This document shows, piece by piece, positions 16,157-25,137 of a stretch of DNA of 64,000 bases. The stretch comes from an uncultured Methanosarcinales archaeon. Lineage in GTDB: Archaea > Nanobdellota > Nanobdellia > Woesearchaeales > GW2011-AR15. The position numbers and the translations under genes were made by a program. A model generated the notes under the pieces. That model was not told the DNA's origin and did not search any database. It saw only the letters and a list, made by a program, of their open reading frames with translations. The stretch spans positions 93,100 to 157,099 of the forward strand of contig CAZHYZ010000001.1 of assembly GCA_964537195.1 (NCBI GenBank). Reading direction: 5' to 3'. Position 1 is the stretch's first letter. Every line of letters begins with the position of its first letter.

Positions 16157-18783
16157 TTTTCGCTTAATTTGTCTAATTTTTCTCTTTCTTCTTTTGTCAA
16201 ACTAGATTTTCTCTTTTTATCTCTCTTGCTAATAATTTCAAGTTCTTCAAATGCATCTTCTTTTGATATGTCTTCTAATCTATTAAATGAACTGCCTTTA
16301 GAAACTTTGTCAGGTATTTTTCCAAGTTTCTCGTAAACTTGCTTTTCAATAGGTCTTATCTTTGGCTCTGTTTCTTCAGCAAACTCATCAAAGATAGACC
16401 TCATTTTTTTTAATCTTAGTTTTTGTCTTTTTTCTCTTAGTTTTTGATCTAGTTCTGTTATTTGAGTACGTTGTTCTGGTTGTTGTGTTGATGTTGAAAC
16501 TGGCAATGGTTCTTTCTCCATTTGTTTTTGTGTCTCTTTAAAATTAACCATTGGTTTTTTCCCAGAGGGTTTAATCTTGGTTTTTGGAGTCTTTGGACTA
16601 TTTTGTGCAAATAGAACTATGCCTCCAACAACGGCTCCAAGTCCTAAAATAAACAATAATATATTCATGAAATATGATTTTGGAAAACTATCAGGATTAT
16701 CTGGTTCAGTGTCATTGTCATATTCCTGTTTATCTGTGTAGCCATCACCATCTGTATCTTCTTTATTTATGTCACTACCAAAAAAACATTCGATTTTATT
16801 TGTTAATCCATCACCATCATCATCAACATCAGCGTCGCTTGAATTATTTGGATTAAGCCCACATTCTTCCTCTTTTATGTCAGTTATTCCATCACCGTCA
16901 CTATCGGCATTGGGATCAAATGGTTTATCCGTATCATCATTTGGGTCTGAGTTTTCATTAATTTCTTCATAATCAGTGTAACCATCATCATCACTATCCT
17001 CTAGTAAGGGGTTTGTTTCATAATTATACTCTTCTAAATTAGTAAGGCCGTCATCATCAGCATCCTCTTCAGCATCTGTTGGGTCGTTAAGATTAAAACC
17101 ATATTCTGTTTCAAAAGCATCAGACATGCCGTCATCATCAGCATCCATGTTTTTTGGAAGACAATCAACATCCTCAGATTCTGTGCAATCTGGATCACAC
17201 ACAGAATCTTCTTCTCCAAGACAGCACCCATCTTCCTCATTTAAACACAAATCTACTTCAATTTCAAAAGAGCCACTAACAGATTTGTTTCCAGAATCTG
17301 TTGCTCTATAACAGATAGTGGAGTCTTCTTTTATTGAAAGGGGAACATAGTACGTTCTATATCCGCAAACCCCGCATTGTTGACAAGAACTATTTGTATC
17401 CGAATCAATAATAAAATATTGGACATTTTTACATGGTCCGTCATCGTCTTTACATATTAGGCTAATCTTAACTTCAGAAGCAGATGCTGCTTCAGTATAA
17501 TTAATTGTGGGGGGATTATTGGTTTGGCAATATTCGGCAGTGCTAGGTAAAATTTCTGTACTGCTGCTTTTTTTGGTAGTTCCATTATTCCCAGCCAAGT
17601 CAGTTGCATATACACTCCAATAGTACTCAACACCAACACTTAGGTTGAGTCCTCCAAGAATTGCTGTTTTTTCTGTAAATCCCTCAACTATTGTTTCGTT
17701 CTCATCTTCAAAAACATAATGATAACCTTTTAGTCCAATGTTGTCTGTACTTGAGAAACTTGCACTTATGTTTGTAGTATTACACCAATAATCTGGAGCA
17801 GATATTGTTGGCGTTGAAGGTTTACTTAGATCAACAACAAAAGATATCTCTTCTTCTTTTACATCTGGTTTTCCTTGGTCAAAAACACATTGTATAAGGA
17901 TATTATAAGGTCCTTGTTCTTTTATTTCTAATTGTCTTAGGTGTGTCTTTGTATGTTCTCCTTGGAAAGTATTAAGAAAATTCTCTCCATAATAACAAAC
18001 AGCATCTCTGTTTGTTTTAATAATGACATCAACCTCTTCAGTGGCAATATGTCCTGCTGGAGACATTTCTACTATTTTGTTAGGTAGGGATCTGTTGACA
18101 GCAAAAGTAATTGTTTCTGGAGCAGTTTTATCTCCAGCCCTATTTTCACAGAAGACAGCATATGTATAATTTGTGTTATCCTGAAGGTTAGTTATGTGAT
18201 ATTGATTATCTTGAGTAAAATCAGAAAGATTAACTTGGGAAAAGAAATTAGATATCTCCTCTTCTTGTGTTGGGGGTTCACCAAAAAAACAAACTGTCTT
18301 ATCATCTGTCTCTGCGTGTAAAGTTACTTCCAAATTCTCAATAACTGGATTAGGGTCTGCATATGCACTAATAATTGATGGAGGCGTCTTATCAACCCCA
18401 ATAGTTAATTCTTTTGGATACCCATTGTTAATATAACCATTATCTAGAACTTTACATAGGACATAGACTTTTTTCTCATCTTGTGGATAACCATAATGAA
18501 AATCCTCTATCGTATGATTAAAACCATCCCTTGTAAAATAATTGTCTGTTGAGAAAATCTCAGAAAAATTATAATTAGGGTTTGTACTATAACGACACTC
18601 AGAGATATTGCTAACACGAACAACAAAATTAAAAGTATCTACTTTTGAAATACCAAACATTGGTTCTAAAAGTGTGATATTAATGAGACTTCTGTTATAA
18701 TCTGCATATGCAAAAGGAACCACATAAAATAGTAAGAAAACTATCAAAATAACCCTGCTTAAACTATTTTTCAACAATTTCAC
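16153..18783 (-). CDS. Type I membrane surface glycoprotein (S-layer-like?) with Sec signal peptide, many N-glycosylation sequons, TSP3-like Asp-rich calcium-binding repeats, a C-terminal TM and a K/E-rich cytoplasmic tail
   Basis: MKLLKNSLSRVILIVFLLFYVVPFAYA|DY. More than 20 NxS/T sequons. DADDDGLTNLEEY / DSDGDGITD repeats at ~16700-17250. TM helix YFMNILLFILGLGAVVGGIVLF. Confidence 0.6.
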   Translation of the reverse strand: MKLLKNSLSRVILIVFLLFYVVPFAYADYNRSLINITLLEPMFGISKVDTFNFVVRVSNISECRYSTNPNYNFSEIFSTDNYFTRDGFNHTIEDFHYGYPQDEKKVYVLCKVLDNGYINNGYPKELTIGVDKTPPSIISAYADPNPVIENLEVTLHAETDDKTVCFFGEPPTQEEEISNFFSQVNLSDFTQDNQYHITNLQDNTNYTYAVFCENRAGDKTAPETITFAVNRSLPNKIVEMSPAGHIATEEVDVIIKTNRDAVCYYGENFLNTFQGEHTKTHLRQLEIKEQGPYNILIQCVFDQGKPDVKEEEISFVVDLSKPSTPTISAPDYWCNTTNISASFSSTDNIGLKGYHYVFEDENETIVEGFTEKTAILGGLNLSVGVEYYWSVYATDLAGNNGTTKKSSSTEILPSTAEYCQTNNPPTINYTEAASASEVKISLICKDDDGPCKNVQYFIIDSDTNSSCQQCGVCGYRTYYVPLSIKEDSTICYRATDSGNKSVSGSFEIEVDLCLNEEDGCCLGEEDSVCDPDCTESEDVDCLPKNMDADDDGMSDAFETEYGFNLNDPTDAEEDADDDGLTNLEEYNYETNPLLEDSDDDGYTDYEEINENSDPNDDTDKPFDPNADSDGDGITDIKEEECGLNPNNSSDADVDDDGDGLTNKIECFFGSDINKEDTDGDGYTDKQEYDNDTEPDNPDSFPKSYFMNILLFILGLGAVVGGIVLFAQNSPKTPKTKIKPSGKKPMVNFKETQKQMEKEPLPVSTSTQQPEQRTQITELDQKLREKRQKLRLKKMRSIFDEFAEETEPKIRPIEKQVYEKLGKIPDKVSKGSSFNRLEDISKEDAFEELEIISKRDKKRKSSLTKEEREKLDKLSEK

Positions 18784-18831
18784 CTGCTTTTTAACTAGAA
18801 ATAAGAAAAAGAGAGTTTAAATATTTTGTTA

Positions 18832-19575
18832 TTAGTCATTATCGACTCTCGGTGCAAGAACAAATGTAAGAGATAATTTGTCTGTAGTCTTATATTCTAA
18901 CTTTAATGGATAATCATCACTAAATCTGATAACTACTTTATCACTTAACTTGCTGCCCTGTATCATTTTTTTCAAGTATTCTATAGAATATTTTGATCTT
19001 ACAGGATCTTCACCTTCTTTTGTTATTACAGTACTATCTCCTTCGGGAATCTCAATCTTTGCTTGTGACAAATCACCTTCTGCTTTAACAGTAAACTTCT
19101 TTTGATCACATTGAAACTGTACAGATTCTGCAACTATAGAAACATCTTCAATTGCCTCATCCAAAATAGAAGTATCTGCCTGTATAGATAATGGAAATGT
19201 CAGAGAAGGAATTTTTTGTTCTCTTTCCTCCAATTCAATTATGGGCAAAAAGAAAGTTCTTGTTGTATTACCTTTTATTGTAACTTTAAAACGGCCATCT
19301 GATTGTTCTAATGTTAGAACATCTGCAGAACCAGCTCTCCTTAACACTTGTTTTAGATTATTGAGATTAAGTGCAATCTTTTGCGGTTTATCTACCTTAT
19401 ATTCTGTAAAACTACTACCTAGCAATTTGTAAATAACCATTGCTACGTTTGCAGGATCCATAGCAACCAAGTCTATGGAGTCTTTAGTTATTGAAAAACT
19501 AGCTTCTGTGACAAGTTCAGAAATTATTGATACACTATCTTTTAGTAATTTTGGATCAGCTAAAGTAAGTTTCAT
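18832..19575 (-). CDS. pcn: DNA polymerase sliding clamp (PCNA)
   Basis: 247 aa. MKLTLADPKLLKDSVSIISELVTEASFSITKDSIDLVAMDPANVAMV matches archaeal PCNA. Confidence 0.85.
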   Translation of the reverse strand: MKLTLADPKLLKDSVSIISELVTEASFSITKDSIDLVAMDPANVAMVIYKLLGSSFTEYKVDKPQKIALNLNNLKQVLRRAGSADVLTLEQSDGRFKVTIKGNTTRTFFLPIIELEEREQKIPSLTFPLSIQADTSILDEAIEDVSIVAESVQFQCDQKKFTVKAEGDLSQAKIEIPEGDSTVITKEGEDPVRSKYSIEYLKKMIQGSKLSDKVVIRFSDDYPLKLEYKTTDKLSLTFVLAPRVDND

Positions 19576-19631
19576 TTTACACCCCCAAATATATAGACCA
19601 AGAATAATGACATAATTTATAAATATTCCGC

Positions 19632-20966
19632 CTATAATTCCAGCCTCTGGCCGTCATTCATCAAGTGGACAGTTTTACCAAGTTTGTAGCCCATTTCTTT
19701 GGCTAACTCAGCCATATGAACTGTTTTCTCAATGCTAGCATGGGCAGGTATTATGTGCTTAGGTTTAACCATGTTAATGAAATCTCTGTGGTCTTCTCTT
19801 GAGGCATGTCCACTCTGATGAATACCTCTGAAGATTCTAACTTTTGATAATTTTAAATTATTTTCCAAGGCCTGTCTGTTTGCTATATTTACCGGAGAAG
19901 GAATAACAGAGCATGAGAAAATCACATGATCCTGCTCAAACAACTTAAAACCAATTTTTTTATTTGCTATTTCCTGCAATACAGAACCGGGTTCACCTTG
20001 GTGTCCAGTACACACAACTATATATTTATCACGGCCTTCTTTCTCTATATCTCTTAATTTTTTCTTTACTTTACTCTTCCAAGGAATAATTTCAACATGT
20101 TTTGAGAAATCAACAAGACCAATATCTTCTGCAGCATATACATATTTGGCAAGGGATCTGCCCATAAACACAATTTTTCTCTTCATTTCTTTCCCAAAAT
20201 CTATTATGGATTTTAACCTGGCTATATGAGATGAAAAAGTAGTAACAATAACTGCTTTATTCTTTGAATCAATATTGAGCATAACATCTTTTAACATTTC
20301 TCTGGCTATGTTTTCAGAAGGCGTCTTTCTTGGTTTATAGGCATATAATGAATCTAGAATTAGAGCATTTACTTTTCCTTCCTTTCCTAACATCTTAATT
20401 CTCTCATAATCAGGTATAGGACCAAAGACAGGATTATTATCTAGTTTGAAATCATTTGCATAAACAACTTGGCCTTCAGGAGTATGGATAACAACAATTG
20501 CAGTATGTGGAATACTGTGTGTTACTGCAACAAATTCTACAGTCAAAAAATTTGATAGTTGTTTTTTCTGTCCATTTTCCAGAACTATGATTTCATTATG
20601 GAGAGCAATTTTATTATCTTTTAAGATTGCTTTTAGAACAGATGCAGTATATGGTGTACAAATAATTGGAGCATCATATTTTGCAGCCATATAAGGGATA
20701 GCACCAATATGATCAAGATGTGCATGGCTTGGTATTATGGCAAGTACTTTCTTTTTTATTTTATTAATTACAGAATCATTTGGAATAGCTCCTGCAATAG
20801 TCAAATCTCTCATAGTCAAATTGTCTTGTTCTTCTTCGTCTGTTAATTGTATGTAGCTTTCTAAATGAAGACCCATGTCTAATATGACTGCCTCTTTTTT
20901 ATATTGAATAGCAGTCATGTTCTTTCCAACTTCTGAATATCCGCCGATTGTTGTTATTTTTACCAT
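19632..20966 (-). CDS. rnj: Metallo-beta-lactamase / beta-CASP ribonuclease, archaeal RNase J-like
   Basis: ITTIGGYSEVGKNMTAI N-terminus and HAHLDH motif. 444 aa. Confidence 0.7.
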   Translation of the reverse strand: MVKITTIGGYSEVGKNMTAIQYKKEAVILDMGLHLESYIQLTDEEEQDNLTMRDLTIAGAIPNDSVINKIKKKVLAIIPSHAHLDHIGAIPYMAAKYDAPIICTPYTASVLKAILKDNKIALHNEIIVLENGQKKQLSNFLTVEFVAVTHSIPHTAIVVIHTPEGQVVYANDFKLDNNPVFGPIPDYERIKMLGKEGKVNALILDSLYAYKPRKTPSENIAREMLKDVMLNIDSKNKAVIVTTFSSHIARLKSIIDFGKEMKRKIVFMGRSLAKYVYAAEDIGLVDFSKHVEIIPWKSKVKKKLRDIEKEGRDKYIVVCTGHQGEPGSVLQEIANKKIGFKLFEQDHVIFSCSVIPSPVNIANRQALENNLKLSKVRIFRGIHQSGHASREDHRDFINMVKPKHIIPAHASIEKTVHMAELAKEMGYKLGKTVHLMNDGQRLEL

Positions 20967-21047
20967 TCTCTTTTTTAGAAAATTATAGACTTATAAAACT
21001 TTGGTAAAGAGTTAGTTATAAAAGCAACATAAACATTTCTTTTAATA

Positions 21048-21836
21048 ATGAAACTTAACTTGAGAAAACCCTATAAATTAAAAGAGGAGAAAGTTGTCTC
21101 TGAGATACTTTTAAAAAAGAATAATAACGTTAAATTGGCTCGTGTTCTATTATTATTTAATACACCTATTAAGAAATATCCTAATTTTGGTGTTTGGTGT
21201 TATCTTATTTACTCTGATACTGGTGTGATAGTATTTGATACAGGTCCAAAATACAAGACGAGCGTACCTTTTGTAAGAATGAGGCGCCATTTTAGAGAAA
21301 ATAACAATGTAGATATTATCTTACAGACATTAGATAAATATTTTCCCGGAAAGACAATAAGAGAAATCTTACTGTCACATTATCATTTTGATCATTCTGA
21401 AACCGCACCAGAACTACAACAAAGAGTATATGAAGAATATGGCAACATACCTCCGATTAGATTACACATAAATGATTATTATCAAAGAAAATTCATGAGA
21501 CTTTATAGAGATTCTTTAGGTAAATTATACAAAAAAGCTGGTTATGACAATTGGTCTATTGGAAAATTTGTTGAAGATAACGAAGTTATTGATGGTACAA
21601 ATTTTGTAGTTAAACATCTTCCTGGCCACACAACCGGAACAATAGGTTTAGTTAATGATAAAGATAAAGTAGTTATTTGTGGTTGGTGGGCTCAGGAAGT
21701 AGATAATAAATTGATAAAAATAATGATGAAATTTCTTGATGAAGACCTCCAAGAATTAAAAAATTCTTCAAAAAAAGTACAATTTGAGGATTACAAATAT
21801 TATTATTATCACCCAAAATACTGGGCGGAAACTTAA
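21048..21836 (+). CDS. Metallo-beta-lactamase fold hydrolase
   Basis: LLSHYHFDHSETAPE (HxHxDH) and a downstream HLPGHTTGT His. Confidence 0.55.
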   Translation: MKLNLRKPYKLKEEKVVSEILLKKNNNVKLARVLLLFNTPIKKYPNFGVWCYLIYSDTGVIVFDTGPKYKTSVPFVRMRRHFRENNNVDIILQTLDKYFPGKTIREILLSHYHFDHSETAPELQQRVYEEYGNIPPIRLHINDYYQRKFMRLYRDSLGKLYKKAGYDNWSIGKFVEDNEVIDGTNFVVKHLPGHTTGTIGLVNDKDKVVICGWWAQEVDNKLIKIMMKFLDEDLQELKNSSKKVQFEDYKYYYYHPKYWAET

Positions 21837-22330
21837 TGTTTAATTTCTGTAATCTTTGGAACCCAATGGAGAAGCATAATATATATAATTAATCCAAACA
21901 AAGCTATGCCTAAGTCTGCTAGGTATAATAGCCTGATTATTCTTAATTCAATCCGGTTCTCAACAAAAACAATAGATATTTGATATAAAGAATAAGCTAT
22001 TGCAATAACATAATTTATTAAGATTCCGTGGTGAATTCCCATTACCAAGACCTTATTTTTTCTTTTCTTGAATTTTTTATTTCTTAACCTAGGGAAAATC
22101 TCTGTTGTACCAACATAAATTGTGAGGGCTGAGAAAACCATCCAGAATAACAAACTAACTGCTCTTCTTAATAAGAGAAGATCAAAATCAATCTCATTTG
22201 CTTTCCTGAATAATATGGTGATGCTTCCACCACTCAATATTCCAAAGAAAACAAAGAAACCGATTAAAGAGAAAGCCATTAGTAAGAATATGATTGTGCT
22301 ATGCACTCTTAGTCTTGTTTTTTCGTTCAT
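21833..22330 (-). CDS. Hypothetical multi-pass membrane protein
   Basis: Four or five hydrophobic helices. No recognisable motif. Confidence 0.4.
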   Translation of the reverse strand: MNEKTRLRVHSTIIFLLMAFSLIGFFVFFGILSGGSITILFRKANEIDFDLLLLRRAVSLLFWMVFSALTIYVGTTEIFPRLRNKKFKKRKNKVLVMGIHHGILINYVIAIAYSLYQISIVFVENRIELRIIRLLYLADLGIALFGLIIYIMLLHWVPKITEIKH

Positions 22331-22378
22331 TTAATTTTGTTAAATTAAGGTATATTAAAAGTTTTACGATATAAGAAA

Positions 22379-22617
22379 TATGCGAAGGGCAGATAAAGAT
22401 AATGCAGAGATAATCGACATTATCAGACCTGCACTTCTTGTGCACAAAAAACAATATGTTTTTTGGCATCCTGAAAATCAAAAAGATTTTCATGATTTCA
22501 ATGCGAAGGGCAGGAATTTCGTAATTTGACTTGGTCAAAACATTTCGAACCTGCGAACCCACTAAGGGAGCAGCTCTTGAGGCTGGCGCGTTTGGCCACT
22601 TCGCTACCTTCGCATGA
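22379..22617 (+). ncRNA. Candidate structured ncRNA (~240 nt), identity unresolved (SRP RNA-like GGGAGCAGC motif). Strand uncertain.
   Basis: Locally GC-rich island in an AT-rich intergenic gap. Perfect 9-bp terminal helix AUGCGAAGG...CCUUCGCAU. The 13-nt atgcgaagggcag occurs twice (22379 and 22500). TATA-like gtatattaaaa about 25 nt upstream. Several internal hairpins. Confidence 0.25.
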
Positions 22618-22648
22618 ATTAGAAAGAAACACAAACATCTTTTAAATT

Positions 22649-23155
22649 TTATCCAAGTTTAAACCTTTTTACAACATTCCATTCTTCTGGAACATCTCCC
22701 CCAGTAACTAAATTTATTTCTTTTACTTTAAATTCTGCAGATATGTCTCCAAGTTTTTTCACAATTTCTTTCTTAATTTTTTCAGGAAAATCACCATACA
22801 ACAAACTTAGATGAGGGAGATACTCTCTTATATTGTAATTAATGAAAAGACCTCTTGCTTTTTTTGCTGCATTCATAATCTCAGGACTTTTTTCTGCTAA
22901 AGCAATGACACATCTGTAATAATCAAACATATATGATGCTTTAACAATCTTTAGATTAAACGGTTTAATCTTTTTGCTGAGTATTTCTGTTTTCTCAAAG
23001 ACATCCTCATCAGTTACAGAAGCTATTAAGGTTACATGTGGTTCAAACTTCGGAGCATTATATTTCTCAGCAAGATTATTAATTATTTTTTGGAATTTAT
23101 TAAAAATAGAACCATTGGGCATCAACCATAGTGAATGTATCATTTTTTCTTTCAT
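22649..23155 (-). CDS. 2H phosphoesterase family protein (2'-5' RNA ligase LigT / ThpR-like)
   Basis: Two H-x-T/S-x motifs (HVTL and HLSL) at the expected spacing. 168 aa. Confidence 0.6.
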   Translation of the reverse strand: MKEKMIHSLWLMPNGSIFNKFQKIINNLAEKYNAPKFEPHVTLIASVTDEDVFEKTEILSKKIKPFNLKIVKASYMFDYYRCVIALAEKSPEIMNAAKKARGLFINYNIREYLPHLSLLYGDFPEKIKKEIVKKLGDISAEFKVKEINLVTGGDVPEEWNVVKRFKLG

Positions 23156-23188
23156 AACTATTAGTTAAAAAACAGAAATATTTATAAT

Positions 23189-23596
23189 TTGTTAATATGT
23201 AACAAATTTATGGAAAAACAAGATAAAACTTTCATTATCACTTTTTTGCTTACTTTGACATTGTTAGTTTTTTTGCTAAGAGGAACAATAACAGGACATG
23301 TTGTCCAAACCTCTTATTGTGATGACACGGACTGTTATGAATTCTGTACAAAAGAATCTGACTGTGGATTTACTGAAAAGTGTTGTCAAGAGAGAGATTT
23401 CGGAATATGTAAAGAGGACTGTGAAAAAGAGTATGTTTTTAGCCCAGAAATTAATATGGATTCATTGCCTAGATTAGAGCAACCTGCACAAGTTAAGAGC
23501 AACAACATATTGTATTTATTTCTGATATTTGTTACACTGATTATAGGAGGATCTTATTTCTTCCTTAGAAACAAACACATACACATAAAATACTAA
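23189..23596 (+). CDS. Small Cys-rich secreted protein with a C-terminal TM anchor
   Basis: Signal-like N-terminus, CDDTDCYEFCTKESDCGFTEKCC block, C-terminal hydrophobic helix. Confidence 0.35.
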   Translation: MLICNKFMEKQDKTFIITFLLTLTLLVFLLRGTITGHVVQTSYCDDTDCYEFCTKESDCGFTEKCCQERDFGICKEDCEKEYVFSPEINMDSLPRLEQPAQVKSNNILYLFLIFVTLIIGGSYFFLRNKHIHIKY

Positions 23597-23598
23597 TT

Positions 23599-24276
23599 TT
23601 ATTTTAGAATTCTACCATTCTTCATTGACCATAACAAAAGGTCAAGTTCATCCATATTTATATTAATATTATCACTAAACTCTTTGTATTTTTCTTCAAT
23701 CTCCAAATATTTATTTTTGTTCATGTATCTTGGCAGATTTATAACATCGTATTCTTCCAAAGTTCTTAAAATATGTTTGTCCAATATAGCAAGTCCAAAT
23801 ATTCCTATGTTTCTTAGAAAATGACTACTCTCTTTATAACCAAGACCCTTTATTTTTTCTGCAAACCATTCTCTCAACTCTTTTATATCATTGTGACTTT
23901 CAATAATCCCTTTAATATCCAATTCATAATTTTCTTTTAGTTTCTCCCGGGCTTCAATTATATATTCTGCTCTTTTATTTGGATATCTGTATCCTGATTC
24001 TTTTAATCTTTCTTGTAATTCTGGTAATGGGGCCGTAAACAAGATGTCTCTTATTGCATCTACACCTTTAAGGCCCATTTCTGCGGAAGTATTTGCAGTT
24101 AACAAACAGAAAACTATTTCTTCAAACAATCTTTCATTTGTGTTTCTTGATACAGGTCTTAACTTCATCTCATTATTCTCATAAAACCAAGACACAGGCT
24201 GAGTATAGAATTTTTTGAAATCTCTTAATCTAGACCTAATTTTTTCCTTCTTCATATCATAGACTTTTTTTATCAT
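23599..24276 (-). CDS. ogg: N-glycosylase/DNA lyase, archaeal Ogg2-type 8-oxoguanine DNA glycosylase (HhH-GPD)
   Basis: HhH with catalytic Lys (GLGYKESSHFLRNIG) and downstream Asp (LDKHI). 225 aa. Confidence 0.6.
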   Translation of the reverse strand: MIKKVYDMKKEKIRSRLRDFKKFYTQPVSWFYENNEMKLRPVSRNTNERLFEEIVFCLLTANTSAEMGLKGVDAIRDILFTAPLPELQERLKESGYRYPNKRAEYIIEAREKLKENYELDIKGIIESHNDIKELREWFAEKIKGLGYKESSHFLRNIGIFGLAILDKHILRTLEEYDVINLPRYMNKNKYLEIEEKYKEFSDNININMDELDLLLWSMKNGRILK

Positions 24277-24344
24277 TTTAAAAAATACGCGCCTGAGGAC
24301 AGCAGAAAAAAGTTTTCTTGGCCCTCAGTCGCTTCGCTTTGTTA

Positions 24345-24447
24345 CGCGCCTGAGGAGATTCGAACTCCCGGCCTTCACCTTAGGAGGGTGCTGCTCTTTT
24401 TGGCCCCCAAACAATGTTTGGAGGTATCCAAACTGAGCTACAGGCGC
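24345..24447 (-). tRNA. tRNA-Arg (anticodon CCU) with a ~28-nt non-canonical intron in the D-loop
   Basis: Hand fold of the minus strand gives acceptor GCGCCUG/CAGGCGC, T arm GGGAG-UUCGAAU-CUCCU, anticodon stem GCACC/GGUGA with loop CUCCUAA, and D stem GCUC...GAGC interrupted by ACCUCCAAACAUUGUUUGGGGGCCAAAA. No encoded CCA. Confidence 0.6.
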
Positions 24448-24603
24448 ATTTAAGATTAGCCAGGCCTCAGCTAACTCTCTTTCTCCCATAAAGGGACTAC
24501 TCCGAAGTATCCTCATCGGCCTGGTCATTAAAGGAAAAACATATACATTAAAAAAGTTTAGTAAAAGAAAAATATATAAAACATGTTTCTCTATGAAAAC
24601 ATA

Positions 24604-25137
24604 ATGAAAAAAAGAGGCCAGATAGCAGTAGAGTATATTCTTATTATAACAGTAGCGCTTATGATTATTCTTCCAGGAATTTATCTGTTTAGAAATTATG
24701 TGTCTCAATCAAGTGACCAGATAGTGGAAAGAAGACTAACTGAGATATCTAACTCAATAATAACAAAAGGGAGAAAGATGTATTATTATGGACCACCATC
24801 AAAATCAACGGTAACGGTTGAGTTGCCTCCTGAGATTAGGGCAATGTACCTTCTTGGAGTCAATGGCTCAGATAAGGAAGTAATTGAATCTTACCTAGTT
24901 TTTAGAACAATCTCCTCACAAGGAGAACAAGATTTTCTTTTTGAGTCAGATGTTCCTCTTTATGCTGTGGATGAAGCAAGTAGGTGTGAAATAAGTGATC
25001 AGTGTTCAAAAGGATACTGCATATGTTTTGATAACAGATTTTATTCTAAAGGAATAAAGAACTTTGAAGTGCAGGCTAAAGATTGTATTTTTGGTACTTG
25101 CATATTCATAGATGAAATCTCTCCGGATTTAAGATGA
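24604..25137 (+). CDS. Type IV pilin-like protein (archetypal DUF361-type class III signal peptide)
   Basis: MKKRGQIAVEYILIITVALMIILPGIY. The ORF track starts 21 nt upstream. Confidence 0.55.
   Translation: MKKRGQIAVEYILIITVALMIILPGIYLFRNYVSQSSDQIVERRLTEISNSIITKGRKMYYYGPPSKSTVTVELPPEIRAMYLLGVNGSDKEVIESYLVFRTISSQGEQDFLFESDVPLYAVDEASRCEISDQCSKGYCICFDNRFYSKGIKNFEVQAKDCIFGTCIFIDEISPDLR

Noticed and set aside
22379-22617. RNase P RNA identity for the ncRNA candidate
   Set aside because: I could not find the universally conserved P4 (AGGAAAGUCC-like) or ACAGAA motifs. This is left as unassigned, with a weak SRP-like motif only.
22299-22634. 111-aa minus-strand ORF
   Set aside because: It covers the GC-rich structured region with terminal helix and internal repeats. 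It has no RBS or coding periodicity and more likely represents an ncRNA.
24286-24447. Integrated mobile element at tRNA-Arg
   Set aside because: The 14-nt direct repeat lies only 57 nt from the tRNA 3' end with no integrase or cargo between. At most it is a scar, so it is not called a mobile element.
24325-24708. 127-aa minus-strand ORF
   Set aside because: It overlaps tRNA-Arg and its leader, and the true start of the pilin-like gene is at 24604 (+).
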